From the NCBI GenBank assembly GCA_965206645.1, contig CBDBKE010000003.1, positions 352,001 through 416,000 on the forward strand: a DNA stretch of 64,000 nucleotides, read 5' to 3'. Position numbers and translations under genes: made by a program. Under the pieces are notes generated by a model, which saw only the letters and a program-made list of their open reading frames with translations, was not told the origin of the DNA and searched no databases. This DNA comes from Terriglobia bacterium. Lineage in GTDB: Bacteria; Acidobacteriota; Terriglobia; JAJPHL01; JAPKYU01. Positions 20,782-30,335 of the stretch are shown here, piece after piece; the stretch's first letter is position 1; every line of letters begins with the position of its first letter.

Positions 20782-22413
20782 ATGGCCCACATCTGCTACG
20801 ACAGCAGCCGCTGCAGCCTGGAGCGCGGTCGAACCGTCTTCGACTATGCCGACGAGCTCGCCATCCAGGTGCCCACCTCGTGCGGCCGTAGCGGTGTCTG
20901 TCACGAATGCATCGTGGAAATCAAGCGCGGCCTGGAAGCCCTGAGTCCGCGCAGCGAGGCGGAAGACTTCCTGCGGGAGAACTTCCGGCTGGCCTGCCAG
21001 GCGACAATCCAAAATCTCGACATTGACGTCGAGTTCGCACTGCTCCGCCGGCGTCCGAAAATCCTGACCCGTTCCGCGCCCACCGCGGTTGAACTGGATC
21101 CGCTGGTCACTCGCGCCGGAGATAAAGTCCTCTACGACGGCGCGGTGATCGACGACTACCGTGGCCACCTCTACGGCTTGGCCATCGACCTGGGCACCAC
21201 CACCATCGTCATCGAGCTGGCGGATCTGGAGACCGGCGAGGTGGTTTGCCTGGTTTCGCTCGAGAACCCGCAGCGCTTCGGCGGCAGCGACATCATGCAC
21301 CGCATCTCCTACGATTCGGGCCAGTACCAGGGCGAGTTACACAAAAGCGTGATCCGGGAGGTCAATTACGAGCTGAAGGAGATGTACCGGGCGCTGGGGA
21401 TTAGCCGCCACCAGATTTATGAGACGGTGCTGGTGGGCAACTCCACCATGCGCGACCTGTTTTTCAACCTGGACGTGCAGTCGATCGGCCAGCGGCCCTA
21501 CAAGTCCCTGGTCGAGCAGGAATACCTGGCCGGGAAGCGGCAGACGACCGCGCTGATCGAGCTGGCCCATCGCCTGGGCCTGCTGACACATCCGAAGGCC
21601 CGCATCTTCGGGGCTCCCTTGGTGGCCAGCCACGTAGGCGCCGACGTGGTTGCCGACCTGGTAGCGATCGATATCGCCTCGCAGCGCGACCCGGTGATGT
21701 TGGTGGACGTGGGCACCAATACGGAGGTGGTGGTGGGCCATGCCGGCCGACTGTTGGCCGCCTCCTGCCCCGCCGGTCCGGCCTTTGAGGGCGGCCTTAT
21801 CAAGTACGGGATGACCGCCGGCGACGGAGCTATCGAGGCACTCGAGCTGAATGGGAGCGCCTGGAAGTACCGCACCATCGGCGAGGTTCCACCCACGGGA
21901 ATCTGCGGCTCGGGCCTGATTGATTTGCTTGCCGAGCTGCGCCGCCACGAGCGGATGACACCCAAAGGTGTCTTTGCCGACAAGCAACGCGAGCTCCCTA
22001 TCGTGCCGGAACACGGCATCACTTTTTCCCGCCTGGACGCCAGCAATCTGGCCCAGGCCAAAGGCGCCAATTACTGCGGCCAGTTTATTGTGCTGCGCCA
22101 GTTCGGCGTGTGCCCGGCCGACATCAGCCGGCTCTACCTGGCCGGCGGCTTCGCCAACTACATCAACGTGCGGAATGCGATCGAGATCGGGTTCCTGGCG
22201 CCGGTACCTGAGGACCGCGTGGTCAAGGTAGGCAACTCCGCGGTCGCCGGAGCGCGCCAGATGCTGCTCTCACGCAGGAAACGCCGCGCCATCGAAGAAC
22301 TGGTTCAGCGCATCGAGCACATTGAGCTCGAAATGACCCCCGACTTTTTTGACGTCTTCGTCGAAGCCTGCCAATTTAAGCCCATGCCGGCGGCGTTCGG
22401 AGGCAAGACGTGA
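20782..22413 (+). CDS. ASKHA-domain reductive activator of corrinoid proteins (RACo/RamA-like, DUF4445) with N-terminal 2Fe-2S domain
   Basis: SCGRSGVCHEC...RLACQ ferredoxin; AIDLGTTT, NPQRFGGSDIMHRI, VGADV, DVGTNTE, CPAGPAFEG, GICGSG, LAGGF, GNSA..GA. Confidence 0.95.
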   Translation: MAHICYDSSRCSLERGRTVFDYADELAIQVPTSCGRSGVCHECIVEIKRGLEALSPRSEAEDFLRENFRLACQATIQNLDIDVEFALLRRRPKILTRSAPTAVELDPLVTRAGDKVLYDGAVIDDYRGHLYGLAIDLGTTTIVIELADLETGEVVCLVSLENPQRFGGSDIMHRISYDSGQYQGELHKSVIREVNYELKEMYRALGISRHQIYETVLVGNSTMRDLFFNLDVQSIGQRPYKSLVEQEYLAGKRQTTALIELAHRLGLLTHPKARIFGAPLVASHVGADVVADLVAIDIASQRDPVMLVDVGTNTEVVVGHAGRLLAASCPAGPAFEGGLIKYGMTAGDGAIEALELNGSAWKYRTIGEVPPTGICGSGLIDLLAELRRHERMTPKGVFADKQRELPIVPEHGITFSRLDASNLAQAKGANYCGQFIVLRQFGVCPADISRLYLAGGFANYINVRNAIEIGFLAPVPEDRVVKVGNSAVAGARQMLLSRRKRRAIEELVQRIEHIELEMTPDFFDVFVEACQFKPMPAAFGGKT

Positions 22414-23957
22414 ACGAATCGCCCGCACCCACGCGGCCATCTTCCGGAGCTTGGAGCAAGCGCACATTCCGGCACCTGCTGGAGGAAACCTCCAGTTTCG
22501 TCACCGTGGTCGAGCTGGTGACTTCCCGGGGGCTGATCACGGAGCGCAGCGGTCGCCGCATTCTGGAAATGGCGCGATTGCTGGCCGAGCATCCTCGCTT
22601 CCACGCCCTGAGCATCACGGACAACCCCGGCGGCCACGCTATGCTCAGCGCCGACACCCTGGGTACGGACCTGATCTCCCGCGGCCAGGAGGTCATCATC
22701 CACCTCTCCTGCAAGGACTGGAACCGCAACGCCCTGGAGAGCCGCGGCTGGAAGCTGTCCAGCGAAGGTTTTCACAACGTGCTGGCACTCTCGGGCGACT
22801 ACCCGGTGACCGGACACCAGGGTCAGGCCGCCCCGGTCTTTGACCTTGATTCGGTCAGCCTGCTGGAAATGTTCTCCCAGATGGAGGGGACCAAATTTTT
22901 CCTCGGCTCGGTGGTGAACAATTACAAGCGGTATGAGGGCGAGGTGATGCCGCAGTACTTCAAGCTGGCCAAGAAGATCGAGTCTGGCGCCCGCTTCATC
23001 ATCAACCAGATCGGCTACGACGCGCGCAAGCAGGATGAGCTACTGCGCTACATGGCGCTGAAGGGACTCCAAGTGCCCGTGCTGTGCAATGTATACGTCC
23101 TCAGCGCCTCCGCCTCACGCTTCTTCCACGCTGGCCGGATTCCCGGCGCCGTGGTCACCGACGACCTGCTGGCACTGGCCGAGGAGCGGGGAGCCTCGCC
23201 CGACAAGGGCAAGGCATTCTTCCTGGAGTTCGCCGCCAAGCAGTGCGCCATTGCCCGGGGACTCGGCTATCGGGGGGTCTACCTGGGGGGGCATATGCGG
23301 TTCGAAGACTACGAGCGGATCCTCCAGATCTGGGACAGCTTCGGCGACAATGACTGGAAGGAGTTTGCCCGCCAGATTCGTTTCGCTCAGCCTGAGGAGT
23401 TCTACTACTTTGAGCCCGATCCAGAGACGGGCCTCAGTTCCTCGGAGGTCAACCGCGAGTACTTACGCTCGAAAGCCTCGCCGGCCGGCGCGCCGCTCTC
23501 CTACCGGCTCAACCGCCTGGTGCACGGGAAGGTATTCGAGAAGGACAGTTCGGGGTTCCGGGCAGGAAAGGCGCTCTACCAGTCGGTGGAGGGGTCGCCG
23601 CGGATCCGGAAGACGCTACACGCGGCTGAGCACGCGTTCAAAATCCTCGCCTTCGACTGTCAGGACTGCGGCGACTGCTCGCTCCCGGACATTGCCTACC
23701 TCTGTCCCGAGTCGCAATGCGTGAAGAACCAGCGCAACGGTCCCTGCGGAGGAACACGGCAGGGCCTGTGCGAAGTTGGAGAGAAGGAGTGCATCTGGAG
23801 CCGCGCCTACCAGCGCCTGAAGGCCTATGGCGAGGAGGAGCAGATGCTCGACCGGCCGGTGGTCTTCCGCAATGGGGCGCTGCGAGGCACCAGCGCCTGG
23901 GCCAATGCCTTCCTCGAGCGGGATCATAACGCCAGCAAGAAGCCGAAGGAGCAATGA
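22410..23957 (+). CDS. metF: Methylene-THF reductase MetF fused to a C-terminal MetV-like Cys-rich domain
   Basis: ITDNPGG, HLSCKDWNR, NVLALSGDYP, KKIESGARFIINQ; C-terminal CQDCGDC..CPESQCVKNQRNGPCGG..CEV..CIW. Confidence 0.9.
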   Translation: MNESPAPTRPSSGAWSKRTFRHLLEETSSFVTVVELVTSRGLITERSGRRILEMARLLAEHPRFHALSITDNPGGHAMLSADTLGTDLISRGQEVIIHLSCKDWNRNALESRGWKLSSEGFHNVLALSGDYPVTGHQGQAAPVFDLDSVSLLEMFSQMEGTKFFLGSVVNNYKRYEGEVMPQYFKLAKKIESGARFIINQIGYDARKQDELLRYMALKGLQVPVLCNVYVLSASASRFFHAGRIPGAVVTDDLLALAEERGASPDKGKAFFLEFAAKQCAIARGLGYRGVYLGGHMRFEDYERILQIWDSFGDNDWKEFARQIRFAQPEEFYYFEPDPETGLSSSEVNREYLRSKASPAGAPLSYRLNRLVHGKVFEKDSSGFRAGKALYQSVEGSPRIRKTLHAAEHAFKILAFDCQDCGDCSLPDIAYLCPESQCVKNQRNGPCGGTRQGLCEVGEKECIWSRAYQRLKAYGEEEQMLDRPVVFRNGALRGTSAWANAFLERDHNASKKPKEQ

Positions 23958-25006
23958 AACCTCAAGGCTTGAACAAAGAGTTCGTTGTCATCGGGGAAAA
24001 CATCCACACGACCCGCGTCTTGCGCCGCGCTGGCAAGCTGGTCACCACCACTCCCAGCGGCGAGGAGGCGGTCCGCTACATCAGCGCGAGCGGAGAAACC
24101 CGCTACCTGATCATCCCGAAAGAGGTCAAGCGCCAGCAGGACTATGAAGAGGGACGCGTCAAGCACGTGGCCATCGCGGTGCGGGCGGCCATGTCGGGCG
24201 CCGAGCCCGCCGCCAGCGAAGGAATGCAGTACCTGCGCGCGCTGATGGCGCGGCAGCTCAAAGGCGGCGCCGACTTCCTGGACTTGAACGTGGACGAGGT
24301 CTCCCTCTACCCGGACAAACAGCTCGAAGCGATGCGCTGGCTGGTGCGCGCCATCGAACCGCTGGCGCCGGTGCCGCTCTCGATTGATTCCTCCAATCTG
24401 GACACCATTCGCGCCGGCATTCAGGCCTGCTCGGGGAGCACAGGCCGGCCCATGCTGAACTCCGCCTCGCTGGAACGGCTGGAGGCGTTGGACCTGGCCC
24501 GGGAGCGAAACCTGTCGGTGATCGTCACGGCCTCTGGCTCCAGCGGCATGCCCCAAAACACCGAGGAGCGAGTGGCCAACGCCTCCCAGGTGATCGATAC
24601 CGCCCTGGCTAAGAGCCTCCCCATCGAGGACCTTTATGTGGACGGCCTGGTCTTCCCCATCTCGGTGGACGGTCAGTTCGGAAACCATTACCTGGAGGCG
24701 ATCCGCCAGCTGCGTGAGAAGTACGGCGAGAAGATTCACCTGACGGGCGGCTTGAGCAACGTGTCGTTTGGGCTGCCCTGCCGCCGGCTGATCAACGAGG
24801 CGTTCATCAATCTCTCCGTGGAAGCCGGCGCCGACTGCGGCATCGTGGACCCGGTGGGTAACGACCTGAACCGGGTGTTCGCAGCCGACAAAAATTCCCA
24901 GCCCTATCAGCTGGCCCAGGACATGCTGCTGGGACACGATCGCAACTGCAAAAACTTCCTCCGCGCCTACCGCAAGGGGGAACTGGAGCCGGTCACGGCT
25001 AGGTAG
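23954..25006 (+). CDS. Pterin-binding methyl-THF:corrinoid methyltransferase (AcsE/MetH folate-domain-like)
   Basis: VIGENIH, Q..GGADFLDLNV, LSIDS, MLNS, LYVD.LVFPI, GGLSNVSFGLP.R, GIVDP. Confidence 0.92.
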   Translation: MKPQGLNKEFVVIGENIHTTRVLRRAGKLVTTTPSGEEAVRYISASGETRYLIIPKEVKRQQDYEEGRVKHVAIAVRAAMSGAEPAASEGMQYLRALMARQLKGGADFLDLNVDEVSLYPDKQLEAMRWLVRAIEPLAPVPLSIDSSNLDTIRAGIQACSGSTGRPMLNSASLERLEALDLARERNLSVIVTASGSSGMPQNTEERVANASQVIDTALAKSLPIEDLYVDGLVFPISVDGQFGNHYLEAIRQLREKYGEKIHLTGGLSNVSFGLPCRRLINEAFINLSVEAGADCGIVDPVGNDLNRVFAADKNSQPYQLAQDMLLGHDRNCKNFLRAYRKGELEPVTAR

Positions 25007-25014
25007 GGAAACAC

Positions 25015-25281
25015 ATGGCCAAATACCAGATCCTCTACTGGAAGCATATCCCGGCGCAGGTGAAGGTGTCCGCCGAGGGCCAGAGAACTCTGTCGCGGCC
25101 GATGCCCGACCGGTTCCAGGAAGAGATTGACAAGATCGCCATGAGGGAAGGCTTGGCCGGCACCGACGACTATCTGAATCAGTGGAACTGGACGCCGAAA
25201 CAGGAACGGCCGGGCACTCCAGAACAGGTGGCTGAGGCCCTGATTCAGGAACTGGAGCAGCAGGTGGAGTTCACTGAATGA
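25015..25281 (+). CDS. Small 'virulence factor' domain (PF13769-like) protein
   Basis: ILYWKHIPAQVKV...PDRFQEEIDKIAM..G..GTDDYL.QW resembles this family as recalled; last gene of the operon. Confidence 0.75.
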   Translation: MAKYQILYWKHIPAQVKVSAEGQRTLSRPMPDRFQEEIDKIAMREGLAGTDDYLNQWNWTPKQERPGTPEQVAEALIQELEQQVEFTE

Positions 25282-25291
25282 TTAGGTCCGT

Positions 25292-25373
25292 TGTCATTCC
25301 AAGCGGAGCGAGGGATCTGCTTTACGACTGGTTTCGGTCGCGACGTGACAAAGGAAGCCTCCTTGGGCTTCCT
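25292..25373. repeat. Half REP-like element plus hairpin at operon end
   Basis: TGTCATTCCAAGCGGAGCGAGGGATCTGCTTT resembles a common intergenic palindromic repeat; AGGAAGCC-TCCTTG-GGCTTCCT stem-loop at 25352-25373. Confidence 0.5.
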
Positions 25374-25419
25374 CCGGAGTTGAAGAGCCATTTCGAATCT
25401 CGGATTTCGGATTGAAAAG

Positions 25420-26688
25420 TTGAGAAGGAGTTTCTTTCATTCGACGGTCCCCGCCGCGTCCCTTTTATTCTTCCTGGCCCTCAGTGTTCTGGCCTGCGGT
25501 CCAGCAAAGCCGAAATCCGAAACGCAAAATCCGAAATCTGAAGTGCGCAATCCACAATCGAAAGACTGGCTGAGTCAGGCGCGCCAAATTCACCGCCGCG
25601 CTATTGTCATTGACAGCCACGCCGACACGACGCAGAGGTTGCTAGAGGAGAACCTGGACCTGAGCCTCCGTGACCCGGAAGGCCACCTGGACCTGCCCCG
25701 GATGCGCGAGGGAGGCCTGGACGCCGTCTTCTTCTCCATCTATGTGCAGCCGAAGCACAAACCCCATTACCTGCGCCGCGCCCTGGAGCAGATTGACGCC
25801 GTGTTGGATCAGGTGGAGCGCCACTCGCGCGAGCTGGAACTGGCGCGCACGGCGGCCGACATCCGCCGCATCCATCGCGCCGGCAAGCTGGCCGCGCTGA
25901 TGGGAGTTGAAGGCGGACACGCCATCGAAGACAGGGCGGGCGTGCTCGACGTCTTCTATCGCCTGGGTGTGCGCTACATGACCCTGACCTGGTCCTTCTC
26001 CACCTCCTGGGCCGGCTCCTCCGGAGATGCCGGCCGCAAGCGCGGCTTGAACGAGAAGGGCCGCGCCATCGTTGCCCGCATGAACCAGCTGGGCATGATG
26101 GTGGATGTCTCCCACGTCTCCGACCAGACCTTCTATGACGCGCTCAAGGTGGCGCGCGCCCCGGTGATCGCGAGCCACAGCTCCTGCCGCGCCCTCGCCA
26201 ATGTGCCGCGCAACATGAACGACGCAATGATCCAGGTGCTGGCTGAGAACGACGGGGTGATCCAGATCAATTTTTACTCCGCGTTCTTAGACTCCGACTA
26301 CGCAGCAGCCTGGAGCAAGGTGAGCGCTGAGTTCCGGCGGGAGCGGCGCGAACTGGAGCAGCAGTGGCAGGGCGACCCGGCCCGGCTGGTCCGCGAGGAG
26401 CGCCGCCTGGAGCTGGCCTACGACGCCCGCCTCCCCCGGCCGGGCGTGGAACGAATCGCCGACCACATTGACCACGTGGTGAAGCTGGTGGGCGTGGACT
26501 CCGTGGGGCTTGGCTCGGACTTCGACGGTGCAACTATGCCGCGCGGCATGGCGGACGTCTCCCAGTTGCCGCGCCTCACCGCCGAACTGCTGCGGCGCGG
26601 CTACTCGGAGCCGGACCTGGTAAAAATTCTCGGGGGCAACCTACTGCGCGTCATGGAGCGCGTCGAACAGGTTGCATTGAAGCCGTGA
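25420..26688 (+). CDS. Membrane dipeptidase (peptidase M19), probable lipoprotein
   Basis: [54 protein letters not shown]; VLAC lipobox; start uncertain. Confidence 0.93.
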   Translation: MRRSFFHSTVPAASLLFFLALSVLACGPAKPKSETQNPKSEVRNPQSKDWLSQARQIHRRAIVIDSHADTTQRLLEENLDLSLRDPEGHLDLPRMREGGLDAVFFSIYVQPKHKPHYLRRALEQIDAVLDQVERHSRELELARTAADIRRIHRAGKLAALMGVEGGHAIEDRAGVLDVFYRLGVRYMTLTWSFSTSWAGSSGDAGRKRGLNEKGRAIVARMNQLGMMVDVSHVSDQTFYDALKVARAPVIASHSSCRALANVPRNMNDAMIQVLAENDGVIQINFYSAFLDSDYAAAWSKVSAEFRRERRELEQQWQGDPARLVREERRLELAYDARLPRPGVERIADHIDHVVKLVGVDSVGLGSDFDGATMPRGMADVSQLPRLTAELLRRGYSEPDLVKILGGNLLRVMERVEQVALKP

Positions 26689-26755
26689 TGAGTGGATGAT
26701 TGCAGATCGGTTGCACTGCCAATCGTCAATGATCAATTTCGGATTCGGAGGAACT

Positions 26756-27322
26756 ATGAAAAGAGGGCTGATCCTTGCAATCGCGTTGGGCTTGGCAACC
26801 AGCGCGCTGGCGCAGAAGAAGCGCTCCCCGGGTGTTTACGCCACCTTTCACACCTCGATGGGCCAGATCGTCTGCGAGCTTTATGAGAAGCAGACCCCGA
26901 AGACGGTGGCCAACTTCATCGGCCTGGCGACCGGCACCAAGGGGTGGACTCACCCGGTAACCAAGGCCAAGAAGAAGACGCCGCTCTACAGCGGAACCAT
27001 CTTTCATCGGGTCATCCCCAAATTCATGATCCAGGGCGGCGACCCCGCAGGCAACGGCACCGGTGGACCCGGCTACAAGTTTGCAGATGAGATTGTGCCG
27101 GTCTTGAAGTTCGAGCGCGCGGGCCGGCTGGCGATGGCCAACAGCGGGCCGGACACCAACGGAAGCCAGTTCTTCATCACCGAAATTCCCACCCCGCACC
27201 TGAACGGCAAGCACACCATCTTTGGCCAGGTGGTCAGTGGACAGAGCTTGGTGAAGAAAATTGCGCGGACGAAGAGCAGGGTAAAGCTGGCAAAGGTCAC
27301 CATCGAGCGCATCGACAAATAG
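26756..27322 (+). CDS. Cyclophilin-type peptidyl-prolyl isomerase, exported
   Basis: [51 protein letters not shown]; GGAGG RBS before ATG 26756. Confidence 0.96.
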   Translation: MKRGLILAIALGLATSALAQKKRSPGVYATFHTSMGQIVCELYEKQTPKTVANFIGLATGTKGWTHPVTKAKKKTPLYSGTIFHRVIPKFMIQGGDPAGNGTGGPGYKFADEIVPVLKFERAGRLAMANSGPDTNGSQFFITEIPTPHLNGKHTIFGQVVSGQSLVKKIARTKSRVKLAKVTIERIDK

Positions 27323-27350
27323 CCAGGGGGCCCGGCCCAGCGGCGGAGGC

Positions 27351-27422
27351 TCCGAGCCGCGCGCGTCAGCAAGCGGTTCTGCAGGGCCGGGAATCACCGC
27401 TCCCTCATGGTCGCGGCTCGGA
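27351..27422. repeat. REP/REPIN-like inverted pair between convergent genes
   Basis: TCCGAGCCGCG.GCGTCAGCAAGCGGT (27351-27377) inverted against ACCGCTCCCTCATGGTCGCGGCTCGGA (27396-27422). Confidence 0.7.
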
Positions 27423-27464
27423 TCGTGGTTGAAGCGATCGAGCCGCGAGTCTTCCGGCAGCCTG

Positions 27465-29627
27465 TTAAGCCTGTTCCAGCGGTTTGCGGGCGAACAGATA
27501 GAGGACGAGAGCTAGCAGCAGGAACATGGCCAGCGCCAGCAGGTCGCTGGTGGCAAAGTCGCCCAAAATCCCAGGCCCGATCGCAAATTTTTCCTCCAAC
27601 TTATTGGCGCGGATGGGAGCAATGACCAGCAGACCCACCAGCGCACCTGCGGCAATCAGGCCCGAGCCGAACAGCTCCCCGCTGCCCACCTCGCTTTCGC
27701 CGTGTGCCCCGGCCGCGGCAGCCGGTTTGCGGTTGCGCTCCACAAGCCAGCGCACCGCGCCGCCGCCAAAAATGGCGGCACTGGTGGAGATCGGCAGGTA
27801 GGTGCCCACTGCAAAGGCCAGCGAGGGCACCCCGAGCAACTCGACCACGATTACCAGGAACACCCCCAGCAGCACCAGGCGCCAGGGCAGGTTTTGACTG
27901 AGGATGCCGTTGATCACCGTGGACATCAACAGTGCCTGCGGCGCCGGCAGCCGCTCGGAGCCGATTCCGTGCGCCAGTTGATACTGGATCTGGCCGGTGG
28001 CCGGATCGGCGTAGTAGGTGCCGTCGGGAACCTGGCGGGAGCCGATCACCGTCAGCCGTTGGTACTGCCGGCCCTGGTATTCCACCGTGCCCTCGGATTT
28101 GGCTTCCGCCAGCGCGTGCGCATCCACGGCAAGAGTAATTTCGTGCACTCGGGTTTCCGATTGGTTCAGGTAGGTGATCGTGTAGCCGATCACCATCACC
28201 GAAACCAGCGTCCCTACGATCAAGGCGAGCTGCATGCGCCACGGTGTGCCGCCCACCAGGAAGCCGGTCTTCAGATCCTGCGAAGTAGCTCCGCCGTTGG
28301 CAGCGGCAATGCACACGACTGCCCCAATAGATAGCGCCACGGCGGGGAAGACGCCCCCGGTCCAGCCCACCAGTAGAAACAGCAGCGAGGTGGCCATCAG
28401 CGTCGCAATGGTCATGCCGGAAATCGGGTTGGCCGAGCTGCCGATGATTCCCACAACCCGTGAGGACACGGTGACGAAGAGAAACCCGAAGATCACCATC
28501 AGGACGGCGGCGATCAGGTTGCCGAGCGGAGCGCCAGGATTGATGTTGAACTGCAGCAGCCCCCAGATCACGACCAGCAGCACCAGTGAGCCGCCCAACA
28601 CCAGTGTCAGGGGCAGGTCCTGGTCGGTGCGCAGGCGGGCTTCGCGTTCCTCCCGTCCTTCACGACCCGCCAGCAGATCGCGCACGCCGGCGCGGAACGA
28701 CTCCACAATGGTGGGGATGGTGCGCCACACTGTGAACAGTCCCGCCATGGCCACCGCGCCCGCGCCGATCGGGCGGATGTAGTTGTGCCAGATCTGGCCG
28801 GCACTCATCTCGGCGATGGGAATGGTGCCGGGGAAGATGGGCGTCGTGAGGTTTCCGCCGAAAAACTTGATGGCCGGAATCAGCACCAGCCAGGACAGCA
28901 CGCCTCCGGCAATGATCGTGCCCGCGATTCGCGGCCCAATGATGTAGCCCACCCCCAGGTATTCCGGAGTGATGTTGCCAGCCACCGTGCCACCCGGATA
29001 CCAGCGCGGCTGATAGATGGGCGTGTCTTTCCAGAACTGCAAGCCCTCCATCAGGAACTTGTAGACCGCTCCGATGCCCAGCCCCCAGAAGACCCTGCCG
29101 GCGAAGGAGCCACCGCGCTCGCCGGCCACCAGAACGTCGGCGCAGGCGGTTCCTTCCGGATAGGTGAGGTTGCCGTGCTCCTTCACGATCAGGTAGCGCC
29201 GCAGCGGGATCATGAACAGCACGCCCAGGCAGCCGCCTACCAGCGCAACCAGGAAGATGCGCGAGGGCGTGAAGTATTCGGCGAACCCCAGGAAAATCAG
29301 TGCCGGCAGGGTAAAGACGACGCCGGCGGCGATGGACTCGCCGGCGGAGCCTGCCGTTTGCACAATGTTGTTTTCCAGGATGGTGGCCCGCCCCAGGCGC
29401 TTGAACAGAGCGATGGCCAGCACGGCGATGGGGACCGAGGCGCTCACCGTCAGCCCCGCCCGCAAGGCCAGGTAGACGGTGACCGCCCCGAAAACCAGCC
29501 CAAAGAAGGCGCCTAAGAGAACCGCCTTGACCGTGAACTCCGCTGGCGACTCCTGGGGCGACACATAGGGCTTGAAGGCGGCCGCCGCCTCAGTCTGCGA
29601 GTGTGTCACCTGGGGCTTCTCAGCCAT
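27465..29627 (-). CDS. OPT family oligopeptide transporter
   Basis: YLALRAGLTVSASVP, ENNIVQTAGSAGE, LTYPEGTACA, SSANPISGMTI, SQDLKTGFLVG.TP, PAPQA.LM. Confidence 0.96.
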   Translation of the reverse strand: MAEKPQVTHSQTEAAAAFKPYVSPQESPAEFTVKAVLLGAFFGLVFGAVTVYLALRAGLTVSASVPIAVLAIALFKRLGRATILENNIVQTAGSAGESIAAGVVFTLPALIFLGFAEYFTPSRIFLVALVGGCLGVLFMIPLRRYLIVKEHGNLTYPEGTACADVLVAGERGGSFAGRVFWGLGIGAVYKFLMEGLQFWKDTPIYQPRWYPGGTVAGNITPEYLGVGYIIGPRIAGTIIAGGVLSWLVLIPAIKFFGGNLTTPIFPGTIPIAEMSAGQIWHNYIRPIGAGAVAMAGLFTVWRTIPTIVESFRAGVRDLLAGREGREEREARLRTDQDLPLTLVLGGSLVLLVVIWGLLQFNINPGAPLGNLIAAVLMVIFGFLFVTVSSRVVGIIGSSANPISGMTIATLMATSLLFLLVGWTGGVFPAVALSIGAVVCIAAANGGATSQDLKTGFLVGGTPWRMQLALIVGTLVSVMVIGYTITYLNQSETRVHEITLAVDAHALAEAKSEGTVEYQGRQYQRLTVIGSRQVPDGTYYADPATGQIQYQLAHGIGSERLPAPQALLMSTVINGILSQNLPWRLVLLGVFLVIVVELLGVPSLAFAVGTYLPISTSAAIFGGGAVRWLVERNRKPAAAAGAHGESEVGSGELFGSGLIAAGALVGLLVIAPIRANKLEEKFAIGPGILGDFATSDLLALAMFLLLALVLYLFARKPLEQA

Positions 29628-29816
29628 AGCACGCTCCTTTGGGGCTGCCGCGCGGGCTGTGGCCACGGGCGCAAGCATCGCACGTTACCATCGGCATGAG
29701 GGAGGGTCAAGCTGGCAAACGTCCCATCAGCGATCCCCTTTTTGGCTTTCAGTAGGCAGTAAGGAGCAGAAATAGGCGCTCGGTTTGCCGACTGCCTACT
29801 GCGTACTGCCTATTGC

Positions 29817-30269
29817 CTACTGGCTGCTCAGCCGGGCGCGCACCTTCTCATTGACCTGCTTGCCGTCCGCCCGACGGCCCGCCAGCCGGGCCATCGCGGC
29901 TTTCATGACCGCACCCATCTGTTTCGCGGAGGTCGCGCCGGTTTCCGCAATCGCAGCCTCGATGGCCGCTTCCAACTCCGACTCGCTGACCGGGGCGGGC
30001 AGATACTCTTCCAGGATGCGGATTTCAGCTTCTTCCTTTCCGGCAAGCTCCTCGCGCCCGCCTTTTCGGTACTGCTCGATGGAATCCCGGCGCTGCTTGA
30101 TCAATGTGGAGAACACCTGCTGGCACTCTGCCTCGTCCAGCGTTTTGCGCTTCTCCACCTCCCGGTTGCGAACTGCGGTTTTCATCATGCGCAGGACACT
30201 CAGACGCAGTTCGTCCTTTCGACGCATGGCGTCGGCCAGTTCTGCTTGAACGCGCTCCTGAACCGTCAT
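29817..30269 (-). CDS. GatB/YqeY domain protein
   Basis: KQRRDSIEQY..GGREELA.KE.AEI.IL..YLP, MGAVMK..ADGK.V. Confidence 0.95.
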   Translation of the reverse strand: MTVQERVQAELADAMRRKDELRLSVLRMMKTAVRNREVEKRKTLDEAECQQVFSTLIKQRRDSIEQYRKGGREELAGKEEAEIRILEEYLPAPVSESELEAAIEAAIAETGATSAKQMGAVMKAAMARLAGRRADGKQVNEKVRARLSSQ

Positions 30270-30335
30270 GGTGTCGACCGGTGTGTTATTCTAGCTTGTC
30301 TACGGCTCTTCTTGGCGTTCCTCAGGTGAATCTTC

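Noticed and set aside
18691-25006. Wood-Ljungdahl pathway or methanogenesis genes
   Set aside because: No acsA/B/C/D, fhs or mcr in the window; purU argues against reductive acetogenesis.
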